Below are positions 52,018-64,000 of a stretch of 64,000 nt of DNA, piece after piece; position 1 is the first letter of the stretch; the number at the start of each line of letters is the position of its first letter. The position numbers were made by a program, and so were the translations under genes. Under the pieces are notes generated by a model. That model saw nothing but the letters and a program-made list of their open reading frames with translations. It did no database searches and was not told the DNA's origin. This stretch comes from Octopus bimaculoides (taxonomy: Eukaryota): NCBI RefSeq assembly GCF_001194135.2, contig NC_068998.1, forward strand, positions 2,604,423 through 2,668,422, given 5' to 3'.

Positions 52018-52021
<4 letters not shown>
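51661..52021. mobile_element. 361-bp fold-back element with 158-bp arms and a 45-nt loop
   Basis: 51661-51818 versus 51864-52021 differ at about 11 positions by hand count, and the outer 52 nt or so are perfect. This explains the mirror-image ORFs 51733..51930(+) and 51752..51949(-). The element abuts (TA)n. Confidence 0.9.
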
Positions 52022-52079
<58 letters not shown>

Positions 52080-53073
52080 CCTGTATGTCAAATTTGACAA
52101 TGATCCAGTAACTGCTGAAAAATAAATATATAAACAAAAGAAAATGTAAAACAAAAATAGAAAGGAAACTGAAGAGGAAGCTGCCTAAAGTTATCTCATC
52201 CATTCATAGGTGATCAATAAAGGTTATGAATTTCTGCACACAGCATCTCTGCAGGCGATGCATCTATGCCAAGGTTCCAGAGAATCACAACTGCTTTTGC
52301 CTATACTCCACCTTCTGCAGTGTACTTGAAACTATGGAAGGGTCAGTATTTCATTACTGTAGATGTGTAGAACATTTCAATCAAAACAACATTAATTAAT
52401 TGTGTGTGTGTGTGTGGGGAGGGGGGACTCTGTCATCTGGGTACCATGCAGTCTTACTTGCAAGAGAAGGATGTTAGTTTAGTGCAAGGTGTATATTTTT
52501 AGAGCCAGAAACAGCTGCATGCACAACAGATTCACTTTCTTTTTCTCACACAATATGCCCAGTGGCAAAATAAATTCAAGACAACTGAGCTTATAAGACA
52601 ATGTAAGAGATTGCTGAAGAGACTGAAGGGACCTTCGGACTTCACTATACCACGTAACTTGGTGTACATCCAGAGTCATAAAACGTTATTCCAGATGTTT
52701 TCCCTGCATCATGGCTTCTAGTCTGGCATCAGAGTATGTAGGCAACTGCATTAATTGCTTCCATGGGTTTGCACAGCTGCAAACTTCAGAATTGTGGAGA
52801 TGAAAGTTACTTATTTCTTCCATGCTTTATATGAACAAAATACATATATACACACACACACACACACACATACATAGTCAATGTGAGTGCAATGAATTCA
52901 GTGTTTGTGAAAACATGCTGCAACTGTCCCCATGCGAATATGACCCTAACAGCCCATTATTTCCTTGCTTATTTTATGATGCAAAAATGGGTAAAAAATA
53001 AATAAGAACTAAAAAAAACTAAACGAAACAAAGAAAATTTTTCAATTATATAACAGATATCAAATAACAAGAC

Positions 53074-53106
<33 letters not shown>

Positions 53107-54289
53107 TACAAAACTGTACAACATGATTAGTAGAGGTTTTGATGTTAATAAGTTGAAGTTAATATCAATGTTTAAGGGTAGGATGTGGGTGGAATATGAA
53201 AATGATAACATCTCAAAGGCAAGACATGTTAGTAGATAAATGGTTGTGGTCCTGTTAGTTTGTCTCCTAAGGTAAGAGGGAGGAGAGTGGGTAGCTTGGT
53301 GGACACAATTGGATTTGATTTTGTTGTCGGAACAACATAACAGACCTACCGCCAACCAAGCAGTTAAATTTCTAGTGGCTTTCTTTGCTCCATGGCTGAG
53401 CTAACATTACCATTTGGAGTGCAAACGAATTAACTGAAAAAATTAAAATTAGTCAAAGATATATATATCATTCCGTCTGTAATAAACCAAAGTATGTATA
53501 TATATATATGTGTGTGTGTATGTTTTTTTTACAAATGGAAAGTTAAGAAGGAAAAAAAAAAATGTATCGATATTAAAGAATATAATCTTTTCAATGACTT
53601 AATGTCAGAAGTTATTGAGAAGGCCACAGATGTGTGGTGAAAAACTGACAATTTAATCAACAGTTACTTTAGCTTTATTCATTGTTTGCTCTATTTCTAG
53701 TATTGAGTATTTTATAATTGTTGTTTGTACATTTGTACACTGAATTTCATTTTACGCACACACTCAGAGGGTGTCTTCTAATGAGAGGGGATTTTAAATG
53801 TCAGTAGGACCGGGACAAGTATGTTTTTTTAAGGGAAGTATTTTGATTGTGGTCATCAATACAATATTGAAAATGGGTGCGTGATGAACATCACAACATC
53901 AATTGTAAGGTTAGCTATAGATTAAATGCTATTGGTGGAAGTGAGGGTGAAGCAGGTGATCCTACTGGTATTAATTATTTTTGAGGTTAGTGATGAAATT
54001 AATAATGCTGGAGGTGACGGTGATGGTGAGGGTGATGTTCATTGTGTTTATAGGGGAGTTAGGGTTTAAATTGAAATATTGGTGAGGGTTTAAAGAAACA
54101 CTGAATTTGGATTGGAAATATTTGCAATTCTCTCTCATTTTTTTTTTTTACTTTTTTTTTGTTTTTGTTTTACAAACCTTCGCTGGATGCTAAAATATTA
54201 AAATGAGAAATAAAGAAAGAATATTTTAAATGGAAGTTAAAATATGTCACACATAAATTACATGAGACTATATGCATGCATATATATAT

Positions 54290-54454
54290 AATTTATTTTT
54301 TCTTCGTGTTTTTCTCCTTGTCTCCGTATTCTTTCTGTTGAAGAGCGTAGCTCGAAACGTCAAAGACTTTCCGTATTCCCGAGCGTCATACTAATATATA
54401 CTTTTGTTATTTACACCACCTGTCCTCGTCTGTTGTTATTATTTGTATATTCTC

Positions 54455-54456
<2 letters not shown>
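54290..54456 (+). mobile_element. Short Penelope pseudo-LTR-like repeat carrying a hammerhead-like motif, between (TA)n tracts
   Basis: CpG-rich island of about 165 bp flanked by TA repeats that contains the motif at 54330-54366. Assignment to Penelope-like elements is by analogy to their known minimal hammerheads. Confidence 0.55.
54330..54366 (+). ncRNA. Minimal hammerhead-like motif with non-canonical core (CUGUUGA)
   Basis: Stem I TCTTT / AAAGA; core CTGTTGA plus an extra A; stem II GAGC-GTA-GCTC; GAA; palindromic ACGT; GUC triplet. Position 6 is U instead of the conserved A. Confidence 0.55.
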
Positions 54457-54503
<47 letters not shown>

Positions 54504-55089
54504 TAAATGAATATATATATATATATATATAAAATTTACATATATATATATATAGATACATACACACTATGTAGGTATGTATGTATGTGTGTGTATATAT
54601 AAATATATATATGCATACACACATTGTATGTATGTATATATTGGTCTTTATTTAGAATGATGGTTAGTTGGGTATACTGCTTCATGTCTTTATTTAATCT
54701 TTACTCTCTTAGAATATTCTTCATTATATTATAATGACAGTTTTATAAAACATTTTATCAAACAAATGATTTCATGAAAGGTGATTTTATAAAACAGCTT
54801 TATGAAACAAAATTTTCTAAAACATGAATTATGAAGTATATAATTATATAATACATAGATTTTAAAGATATAATTTAATAACACATGTAGATTGATAATA
54901 TAATATTTAAGTTTACAATGTAAGTTTTATAAATTTGAACAAGTAAAGATTATTGTTTTGTGAGATTAAAGAACTGGAATCTGAGACCAAACAAGGCAGA
55001 AAATACAAGAAGTAAGGAGAAACAAAAGCCAGGAAAAGACAAACAAAACCTAATTAATTGCTGTTTCTGTTTACCTGATATAATAAACA

Positions 55090-55225
55090 TTATTACATAT
55101 ACATATTGAAAATAATTATACATATTGGACATTATAACACACACATATCGGACATTGTTATACACATATATTGAACATCATTGCATATATATTGAACATT
55201 ATCACACATATTGGACACAGAAAAT
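55090..55225. repeat. Degenerate minisatellite, about 19-23 bp unit
   Basis: ACATATTG(A/G)ACAT.. recurs about six times. Confidence 0.6.
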
Positions 55226-55626
55226 ATGGGAGACACATAACCTATGTGTCTATGATAAGTTTGAGAGAGAAACAAATATGTCCCATAGGATCCTTTGCCA
55301 GAGAGGAACAATTCTTGCTGATGCTAACCATCATTAACCAACCAATTCTCCTAACTGCCCTTCTACTCATATTACTCTTGCACACATCTGAAGATGTTTT
55401 GCCTGAATATCAACTACATGATTTCTTTGCAGTCTAGAAGCGCCTGCAAATGTTTGAGCACTGCTTATTTTCCTCCAAAATTACTAATATTAAAACATAA
55501 CAACAGTGGTGCCCCAACATGACCATAACCTATTGGATGAATCTAATAAACAACATTCAGCAAAATCGGTTTCTGAACTCAGAGTAAGTCACTAGAATGT
55601 ATGTTATTTCGCAAACACACCTATAT

Positions 55627-55853
55627 TCTTTCATCTTTTACTTGTTTCAGGCCAAGCTGGGGCACAGCCTTGACGAATTTTAGTCAAACAAATCATCTCA
55701 GTACTAATTTTTTTATAAGCCTGGTACTTATTCTATCAGTTTCTTTTGTCAAACTGTTAATTTACAGGGATGTAAACACACCAACAATGGTGGGAGGCAA
55801 ACTCAAAGACACACATATATGTATATATATATATGTATGTGTGCATGTGTGAA

Positions 55854-55912
<59 letters not shown>

Positions 55913-56075
55913 GAAAGGTTTCTTTCAGTTTCCACCTACCGAATCCACTCACAAGGCCTTAGTCAGCCCAAGGCTATAGTTGAAAGCACTTGCTGAATGT
56001 GCTATGCAGTGGGACTGAACCCAGAACCATGTGGTTGGGAAGCTAACTTCTTGCCACACAGCCATGCCTGCACCT
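55627..56075 (-). mobile_element. SINE family A copy
   Basis: TCTTTTACTTGTTTCAG tail at the left, internal microsatellite, and GTGGGACTGAACCCAGAACCATGTGGTTGG...CCACACAGCC head at the right. Confidence 0.8.
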
Positions 56076-57759
56076 ATATATACACATTAATTACCTTAAC
56101 TGTAATGAATTTTTTTTTTTTAATTAATGTAATGAATATTAATTATAATAAGGTCTCTACTCTGAGTAATGTGGAAACAGGACAGAAATAAGGTCAGTTT
56201 CTTAGTGAATTAGGAAGAGATTGATTCAGTTGATTGGAGAGTATAATAACGGTGATTGCTATAATAACTGTCTTCTTGCATCCAAAATATGGGACTTAAA
56301 TCATGGTTTCATGCTCTTAAGACATGAGATGACCATAAAATCCTGACCAAAGGAGAGAATTTGACTAATAATCAATGCTACTTGACTGCAAGAGAGAGGA
56401 TATAGTGTGTTGTTACACCTGACTTAAGTATGGAATATCAGTGGTGCAGTATTTGTTGCTGAGGATAGAGACTGATTGCATATCTCAGAGAGTCTTCTAC
56501 AACAACAAGGGCTTCTATGTGGTCACTTAACATACTAGAAATAGCAGCTATATTTCCCTAAAATCCCACCACGCTATCTCAAAAATAAAGGGAGGAAAAA
56601 ACATGATGGTCACGGCTGGAACACCTTAAATCATAGGTCTGCAAAATTAGAGGTGACTTCGGAGCTAAACAACAACAACAATAGCAATTTTGCAAAATTT
56701 TAGATTCCATCAGAAGGTGTGAAATGGTTGTAATGAGATATCTTTAAATGTTTCCAATGAAGTTTGAAGAATTATAAAATTCCTTTAGAGAAACGAAAAA
56801 AAAAAACAAACTTGATTTCAGATCTGTTAATGCCTTTCTAAAAGACCTTTGATGTTTATTGATTGGAAATTCCATTTTTAGAATTTTGACGGAGGTTCCA
56901 TCTAGAATTCAAAATTTTAAAAAAGCCTAGAATAGGAAAAAAATTCTTCCAATTTTCATCATTCTATTTCATAGAATTAAGCAGGGAACAAATGAATATT
57001 TTGTTTTTATCTTTGGAGGATCATTATGCCAGTAATAAAACACACACTAGTTCTATTTCACTTCTTTTTATTATTATTAGTCAGTTAATTAACATTTAAC
57101 CAATTAATTAATTGATTGTTTGATCAATCATTTGGTCTATCAATCAATCAATCAGCTGGGCTTATCAAAGTTTTTTTTCCTCACCATTTGTGATCTCATC
57201 AATGACAAGACTAAATATATTGTAATATCAGAGCCAAAAGAAGGGAAAAGTCATGAAGAAGTGTGCAAAGAAATTTTTTCTGTAAAAAAATAGCTATTTT
57301 TGATTATTTTAGTTATACTAGTAAAGTAAGTAACTTAATCCATAACCGTGTGTTTAAGCCAAAGCACTTACACTGGCATGGCGTTATTTTAATCCTTGAT
57401 AAACATCTGTTTTTAGATGGTTAAAATGTCTCTTCTACAATGTAATTTGGTCCATATTTGATTAAAAGTTCCAAAAATGGTAAACAGGCAAAGGAAATGG
57501 ATGCTGTGAAAAAATTTGAACAAAAGGCAAAGCAGATTTATTGAGGTTTCTAGCCAGTTACCAATGCCAGCCAGTCTAATAGCAGATGGTGTTGTAGCCG
57601 TTATTCGCAAAATAAGGAAATTCGAAAGAATTTCTTATGAAAACAAGCAAGACCTTCAAATTTTACAAAACAACAGAGAAAAATTCACAAAATTATTAAA
57701 AACAATTGTGTTTATATGTATGTGTGTGTATGTGTGTGTGTATATATGCATATATATCT

Positions 57760-57804
<45 letters not shown>

Positions 57805-59569
57805 TATATATCTATGTATATACATATATATCTATATATATCTATATCAATATATTAATTTTTTTATATATACATATACACACACATATACAAACATATA
57901 TATACATATATGCATACACATATGTATACAGGTGTGTGTGCATGTGTGTGTGCATGTGTGTGTGCGTGTGTGTGTGTGTGCATGTGTGTGTGCATGTGTG
58001 TGTGTGTGTGTGCATGTGTGTGTGCGTGTGTGTTTGTAAGTGTATGTATATGCATGTGAGTGAGTGAATAGAGATGAAATTTCAGGCAAGAAATAACAAA
58101 TATTGGTAAATTACAACAGGCAGTGAGAAAGAGAAATGAGGAAAAGAGAAAGAATATTGGAAGAGACAATTGGAGTAAAAGAAACATGCCATGCAATAAA
58201 GAGGATAAGAAGAAGGTAAAAAAAAAAGTCATTGGGGGGGTAGCGAGGTAGGGGTGCGATGGGGGGGGGGGGNNNNNNNNNNNNNNNNNNNNNNNNNNNN
58301 NNNNNNNNNNNNNNNNNNNNNNNNNNNNNNNNNNNNNNNNNNNNNNNNNNNNNNNNNNNNNNNNNNNNNNNNNNNAGCGAGGTAGGGGTGCGATGGGGGG
58401 GGGGGAGTTATTTATTCAGCCAAATTTACTGTTAACTACTACAAGTGCAAGTCTATATAGCATCGTCTCCATTTGATATCCATTTTTCCATGCTTGCATG
58501 GGCTACATAGAAGTTGTTGAAGCAGATTTTCTACATACATACTTACACACACACACACACATATATATGTAAATATGTATATACACTTTCATACATACAT
58601 ATATATGTATATATGTATGTATGAAAGCGTGTATATACACAAACACACACACACATATATACATATATATGTGTGTGTGTGTGTGTGGTGAGATAAAGAG
58701 AGATAACATACTTGAACCATGGTTTTATTTAATCATATAATATGAGGTGGCCAAGTGGCAGAGTCATTAGAATTGAAGAGAATGTTTGGCAGTAAGCATT
58801 CCAACTCTCTATGCCTTGAGTTCAAATCATGCCGAAGTCAATTTTGATTTTTATTCTTCCAGAGTTGAAAAATAAAGTACCAATCCTGTTCTTGTCCTTC
58901 CCAAATTCTTTCTTTCTGTTTGTCTGCCAGTCTCACCTTCCAGAAGAAATTAGCTGTGGTTATATCTGGAGAGGGAAGGCACAAAACTGGTCTAAAAGGA
59001 CACCCAAGACACATCTTGTGTTGTGATGATATTGCTACGATTCCATCAAGGAGTTAAAAACCAATAGCTTGGTATGACAACATGTATGATCAATCAAAGA
59101 GCTGATCCAATGAAACCATGGTTTGCAATATGTAATCCCTGTTTATTTCACATAAATTAAAATATATAATTAGATTCTACACACTTCCAACATGAAGCTT
59201 TATTCAGCACATTTATGTTATTTGCACACGCCACAAAAACTATAAATATATATCTGTGAACAGTGAGAAATCATCATCATCATTATCAATATCACCATTA
59301 TCATTATCCTCCACCTCCTCCTCCTCATCATCATTGTTATTATTGATTATAATGTCCATTTTTCCATGTTGGAAAGGTTTACCAGATTTTGGAAAATGGT
59401 TTAGGAATTTGTAATTGTTAAATTTTTCCATAAATTGCAATGATTCACAAAGACAAGATTTTAAACACAAAATTAAGCGACCCTCCCGAAAACACAAAAT
59501 GAAATTCTTACTATGGATGTGAACTCTTAACCTTTGGGTTAATCATATTGAAATACTTTATCCACTCAC

Positions 59570-59599
59570 CTATTTGGTATATCTAAGATTTGACGATAT
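59570..59599 (-). CDS. Candidate 30-nt symmetric micro-exon (only the phase-2 frame, YRQILDIPN, is open)
   Basis: Branch-like CTAAC, acceptor attctgtgtag|, and consensus donor TAG|gtgagt. No homology support; it could be untranslated. Confidence 0.3.
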   Translation of the reverse strand: MSSNLRYTK

Positions 59600-60850
59600 C
59601 TACACAGAATGTTAGTTTTATTTATAATCAAGCGGCTTATGTTGACTGAGTGTGGGAACCGATCAAGCATAAAAAGAGCAAACCAAATTAAGATACTTTG
59701 AACACATGCGTTTTTGCATTCACATTCATGCAGTACACACATGTTCTTAATTTCAGTATGTTATAAAGTGACAGACAGACACAAATATACCCACCCATTC
59801 ATGTATATATGTATACACACACACACACACACACATATGTATGTGTATATAATCATTTCATGAAGTTGATACCTTAGGTTTCATATCAGATATATATATA
59901 TATATTAATATTGATATATTGATATATATACTGGCAATAATTTTCAGCCAAAATAAAATAGTTATAGAGATACCAGCTTCATTAAACAATTGAATTATTT
60001 ACACTCAACCATCTTGGCAATGAGTGCTCCTTCAGTTCATCATATCAATACATACACATACATATACATATATTTGTTTGTTAATGATAGACTTTTAGTG
60101 TTAAAATTCCACTTCAACTGTTTGTCTTTTTCCCAAAGTCAATCTTTGGCAAGAAAAGTGCCAATATTTGGTAAAATGACTAAGAGCTGAAACAGAATTT
60201 TGATTCTGTAAAACTGATCATTGATAAACAAACAAATTTAATTCTAATACCTGAAGTACTGAGTACTTCATTTAGTATGTGAGAAACCTTGTTACAAATA
60301 CACCAACATAAAATACTTACAAATCTGCATACATACATACATACATACATACATACATACATACACATACACACACACATGTACATGCATTAATATGTAC
60401 ATAAATATATTTGTGCATGCAGTTTGTGTTTGAGGTTAATAAGTACAGTTGGCAGCATTCAAACCAAGTCTAAACTAAACTGCAAAACTGCAGGAGTGAC
60501 CGACAATTAATTAGACAATAATTAGTTGGACAACAATTAAATGCTTCTTCCATATTTAAGATTATTATTATTATTAATTATTTTTTCTGTTAAATTTGTT
60601 CTTAAATTAAATTCTTCTTAAATCAGAAGACATTCTCTTCTTGCTATTATGTCTAGCACCTTCCTTGTCCACCCTGTCCTAAAAATGTTCTCCACACAAA
60701 CCACTCTGAGTAATTAAAGTATTAATTAAAGTAAAATAATTTAGATAAAGATAAAAGAAGAAGCCAATAAAAAAAAGATTTAAAAAAAAACGAAACCAAA
60801 AAAAAAGAGAGAGAGAGAAACAAGAGGACAGATCAGTATATAGTGCATAC

Positions 60851-60932
60851 TTCAACGTATATGACCGCTTGAAGCTTGGTGATTTTTGTCCAAGATTGTT
60901 ATCTCAAGATCGGCACAATCTGTACTTGCGCA
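60851..60932 (-). CDS. Candidate 82-nt exon or alternative last exon of the minus-strand gene (stop in all three frames)
   Basis: GC-richer island, acceptor ttgacatttcag| with upstream CTAAC and pyrimidine tract, possible donor GAA|gtatgc. Phase 1 reads (V)RKYRLCRS* and phase 0 reads CASTDCADLEITILDKNHQASSGHIR*. Confidence 0.3.
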
Positions 60933-61178
60933 CTGAAATGTCAAGTACAACAGTTATATATATACTTATGTCAGTTAGAGAGAGGTTGAGAGGGAACGTT
61001 GTGTAGAAGTGCAATAATAATAATAATGGTAATAATAATAATAATAGTAATAATAACAGTAACAATAACAATAATAGTTATGGTGATGATGATAATGATG
61101 ATAATGATTATTATGATGGTGTTAATAATAACAATCGTTTCGTTTAATTACCACACAGACAAACACAGAAAGATAACA

Positions 61179-61645
61179 TTAACCCTTTCAATACCAAAGC
61201 TGCCTAAGACTGCTCCTCTTTTTATGATAAAAATTTGCTGTTTTCAAGTAATTTAAATCAAAAGCCTCCATCAAAATTTCATATTATTTAATGTTCCAAA
61301 CACCAGCTTAATAATGGTTTCAAATTTTGGTACAAGGCCAGCAATTTCGAGGGAGGGGTTAAAGTGATTACANNNNNNNNNNCCCCAGTGTTCAACTGGT
61401 ACTTATTTTATTGATTTAGAAAGGATGAAAGGTAAAGTCAGCCTCAGTAGAATTTGGACTCAGAATATAGCAAGAGACTAAATGCTGCCGAGCATTTTGC
61501 CCAGCGTGCTAACGGTTCTGCCAGTTCACTGCCTAAAACACCATCTTAATAATGACAAAGTTATTTTGCTAAATTCTTCAATAGGTCAAACTACTTGAAA
61601 CAGATGTAGTGTTTTTTGATGAAAATATGGCAACAAAAGGGTTAA
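61179..61645. mobile_element. piggyBac-like MITE interrupted by a SINE family B insertion (61316-61534)
   Basis: TTAA-CCCTTTC ... AAAAGGG-TTAA termini. The SINE is flanked by AAACACCAGCTTAATAAT (61298-61315) and AAACACCATCTTAATAAT (61536-61553). Confidence 0.8.
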
Positions 61646-62019
61646 TATTACAATGGCAAGTCCTTTGTATATAATACAATAGTTTACAAATAAACACACA
61701 GCAAGTAAAGGTGCAATATTATACAGGTGTAGGTCTGCCGTTAAGAAGTTTGCTTCACAACCACATGGTTCCAGGTTCAATCTTTATGTAAATCATCTCA
61801 AGAAAGTGTCGTTTTCAGCAACTTTGGCTTGACTTATGTTATGTGAGTGAAATTACAGCAAATGGAAACTGTGTAGAAGCATGCTGTATTTTATATCCAG
61901 GACACTCCATGTTTGAGGGGAACAAACTTTAGTAGGCAACAAATGAAAGACGATCCAATGTAATGCTAAAGTTACGTTCTCATTTCTCTTCCAAATGTAC
62001 TAACAGTATTAACAAGATG

Positions 62020-62422
62020 TAGGTGTGGCTGTGTGGTAAGAACTCTGCTTTTCAACCACATGGTTCTGGGTTCAGTCCCATAGTATGACACATTGGGCAA
62101 GTATCTTCTACTACAGCCTTGAGCCAACCAAAGCCTTGTGAGTGGATTTGGTAGATGGAAACTGAAAAAAAGCTCATTGTACACACACACATATACATAG
62201 GTGTGTGTGTTTGTGTTTATCCAACCCCCCCACCAGTTGACAACCAGTGTTGGTGAGGTTACATCCCTGTAACTTAGTGCTCTGGCAACAAAGACCAATA
62301 AAATAAGTATCAGGCTTTAAAAAATAACTACTGAAATTGATTCATTCAACTAAAAATTAATCCAGGCGGTGCCCCAGCATGGCCATAGTCTAATGACTGA
62401 GATAAGTAAAAGACACAAAAGA
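62020..62422 (+). mobile_element. SINE family A copy
   Basis: GGTGTGGCTGTGTGGTAAG head, CCAAAGCCTTGTGAGTGGATTTGGTAGATGGAAACTG body, GATAAGTAAAAGA tail. Confidence 0.85.
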
Positions 62423-62512
62423 CAGCAGATTCTAATCAAATTCTAATTGTGATGCTTATTTATAACGATCACACAATGTGAAAACACGCACACACATGTA
62501 TGTGCGTGTGTG

Positions 62513-62570
<58 letters not shown>

Positions 62571-63040
62571 GATATACATACATACATACATACATACATA
62601 CACACATATTGAATTTACACAGCTGACAACCTAAACTTTAGGCACAATCATGACTTTTTCTCATATGACATTAATGCATGAATTTATACATACAAAACAT
62701 AACCATTCAGCCAGTGGACTACATACAAACAACTCCTGTCCACTCTACCACTTGGCAGATTAAATTTAAAGAGCCTTCATTGTTTGGAACTGTCACTAAA
62801 CATATTTACTCAACAATGTCCACCTTAATTTTCAGTGCAAAAAATTTTGTCACATGACATTAATAGTTAAGCCTTTAAAAATAAACCATCCAAAAGACTC
62901 CAAGTGCATTTTCAATTTCTTCTTTATATATTTCTACCCATATAGAATAAAAACAATTTAATGCTAAACTGAAGAATTACTGAATATATTTTGGTAGAGT
63001 ACATGTTTATTAAACTTTCACAAAGAAAAGGTTAGCAGTA

Positions 63041-63076
<36 letters not shown>

Positions 63077-63354
63077 GTAGACTTTCATACAGACACACAC
63101 ACATACATACTAGCATTGCATTCATGAAAAATGATGAGGCTTATTTAAGTATACATATATTATGCAAACATAAATTTTTGTCTAAAAATATCTAGGAGGA
63201 TTGAGAGGGATATGGTTTGGTGTGAGTCAGTGAAAATGGATCATAAAGCAACATATTTACAAGCCCTGAAGTTTCCGAATTTGGCATTTTGTTCAACATC
63301 ATTTAGCAATGGATTCTCCCTTCAGCTCATGATTTAACTGACCCTATCTCTTAC

Positions 63355-63378
63355 CTTTCCTCAGAACAACAACTGGTT
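63355..63378 (-). CDS. Candidate 24-nt symmetric micro-exon, (E)PVVVLRK, of the minus-strand gene
   Basis: Strong donor AAG|gtaaga, acceptor gtcatttgaag| after a U-rich tract, phase 1/1, so it would splice in frame onto 49895. No homology support. Confidence 0.3.
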
Positions 63379-64000
63379 CTTCAAATGACATTCATAAAGT
63401 ATGAAAGAACCAATAAACAAAACTGTGATATGGGACTTGACCTTATATAAATGATGGAACTGGTAACTACTAATATCCTTTATTAAAGAAAATTCCTTAA
63501 TTCTTCCTCTCTGAAGATGGAATAGTTGACTTATATGGAAATCTTTGCTCAATGTCCTATGCACATTTTGCACAGATATTTTACAAACCTGATTCTCTTT
63601 AAAAATGATAATAATGTCTTTTTAGAATGGCTGTCATGATTTTCTTATAGACCCATCTTGTTTCTGTATGTTGTAAGAAGTCCTTAAAAGGGATTGGTAA
63701 CAGAAAGGGGCATCAGTTATAAAATTCTGCTTGCTAAAATCTGTCTAGTAGGTGTATCATCTAGTGGTTAGGGTGTTGCACTCACAATCATATGATTGTG
63801 GTTTCAATTCCCAGACAGGGCAGAATGTTGTGTTCTTGAGCAAAAACACTTCCCTTGACATTGCTCCAGTCAACTTAGATGTGAGTTCCAGCAATAAACA
63901 GGTGGGAACTTAACCTTGTGCCCCGTTCAGTGGGAAGGGAGGGGGGAATGTCATAATCTCAGTTACTTGTATACCATGGAAACCAGGTTGAGTTGCAGTT

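Noticed and set aside
57516-57715. Non-repetitive start of ORF 57516..58067 (NKRQSRFIEVSSQLPMPASL..)
   Set aside because: No splice signals or start context on the plus strand; the ORF length comes from running into a microsatellite.
58241-58405. Duplicated G-rich motif AGCGAGGTAGGGGTGCGATG(G)n suggesting a G-quadruplex repeat
   Set aside because: The two copies flank an N gap and end in poly-G, so this is most likely one sequence represented twice.

Overview
AT-rich, intron-dominated eukaryotic DNA with several N gaps, long (TA)n/(CA)n/(AAT)n microsatellites and tRNA-derived SINE families that I recognise as typical of Octopus genomes (the taxon is an inference). Almost all ORFs in the supplied track are microsatellite or gap artefacts. 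Two genes converge tail to tail. (1) On the + strand are the last five coding exons of an integrin alpha subunit (1227-1268, 2711-2830, 3449-3541, 10284-10394, 12963-13064). All introns are GT-AG and phase 0, and the exons join into an uninterrupted 155-aa C-terminus with a transmembrane helix and KCGFFER. (2) On the - strand is a terminal coding exon (49895-49753) ending in a class I PDZ-type motif (EETTV*), from a gene I cannot name, with candidate micro- and alternative exons upstream. The rest is repeats: piggyBac-like and hAT MITEs, a Tc1/mariner transposase relic, an R4/Dong-like endonuclease relic inside (TAA)n, and at least four SINE-like families. The most notable observations are three. 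First, palindromic elements combine a tRNA-like Pol III head with a minimal Penelope-type hammerhead ribozyme, and two further hammerhead-like families are present. Second, a CpG-preserving, promoter-like patch inside an integrin intron could yield an ectodomain-less integrin micro-isoform. Third, SINEs are stacked in (AAT)n. All coordinates, translations and counts were done by hand; no searches or folding programs were run.
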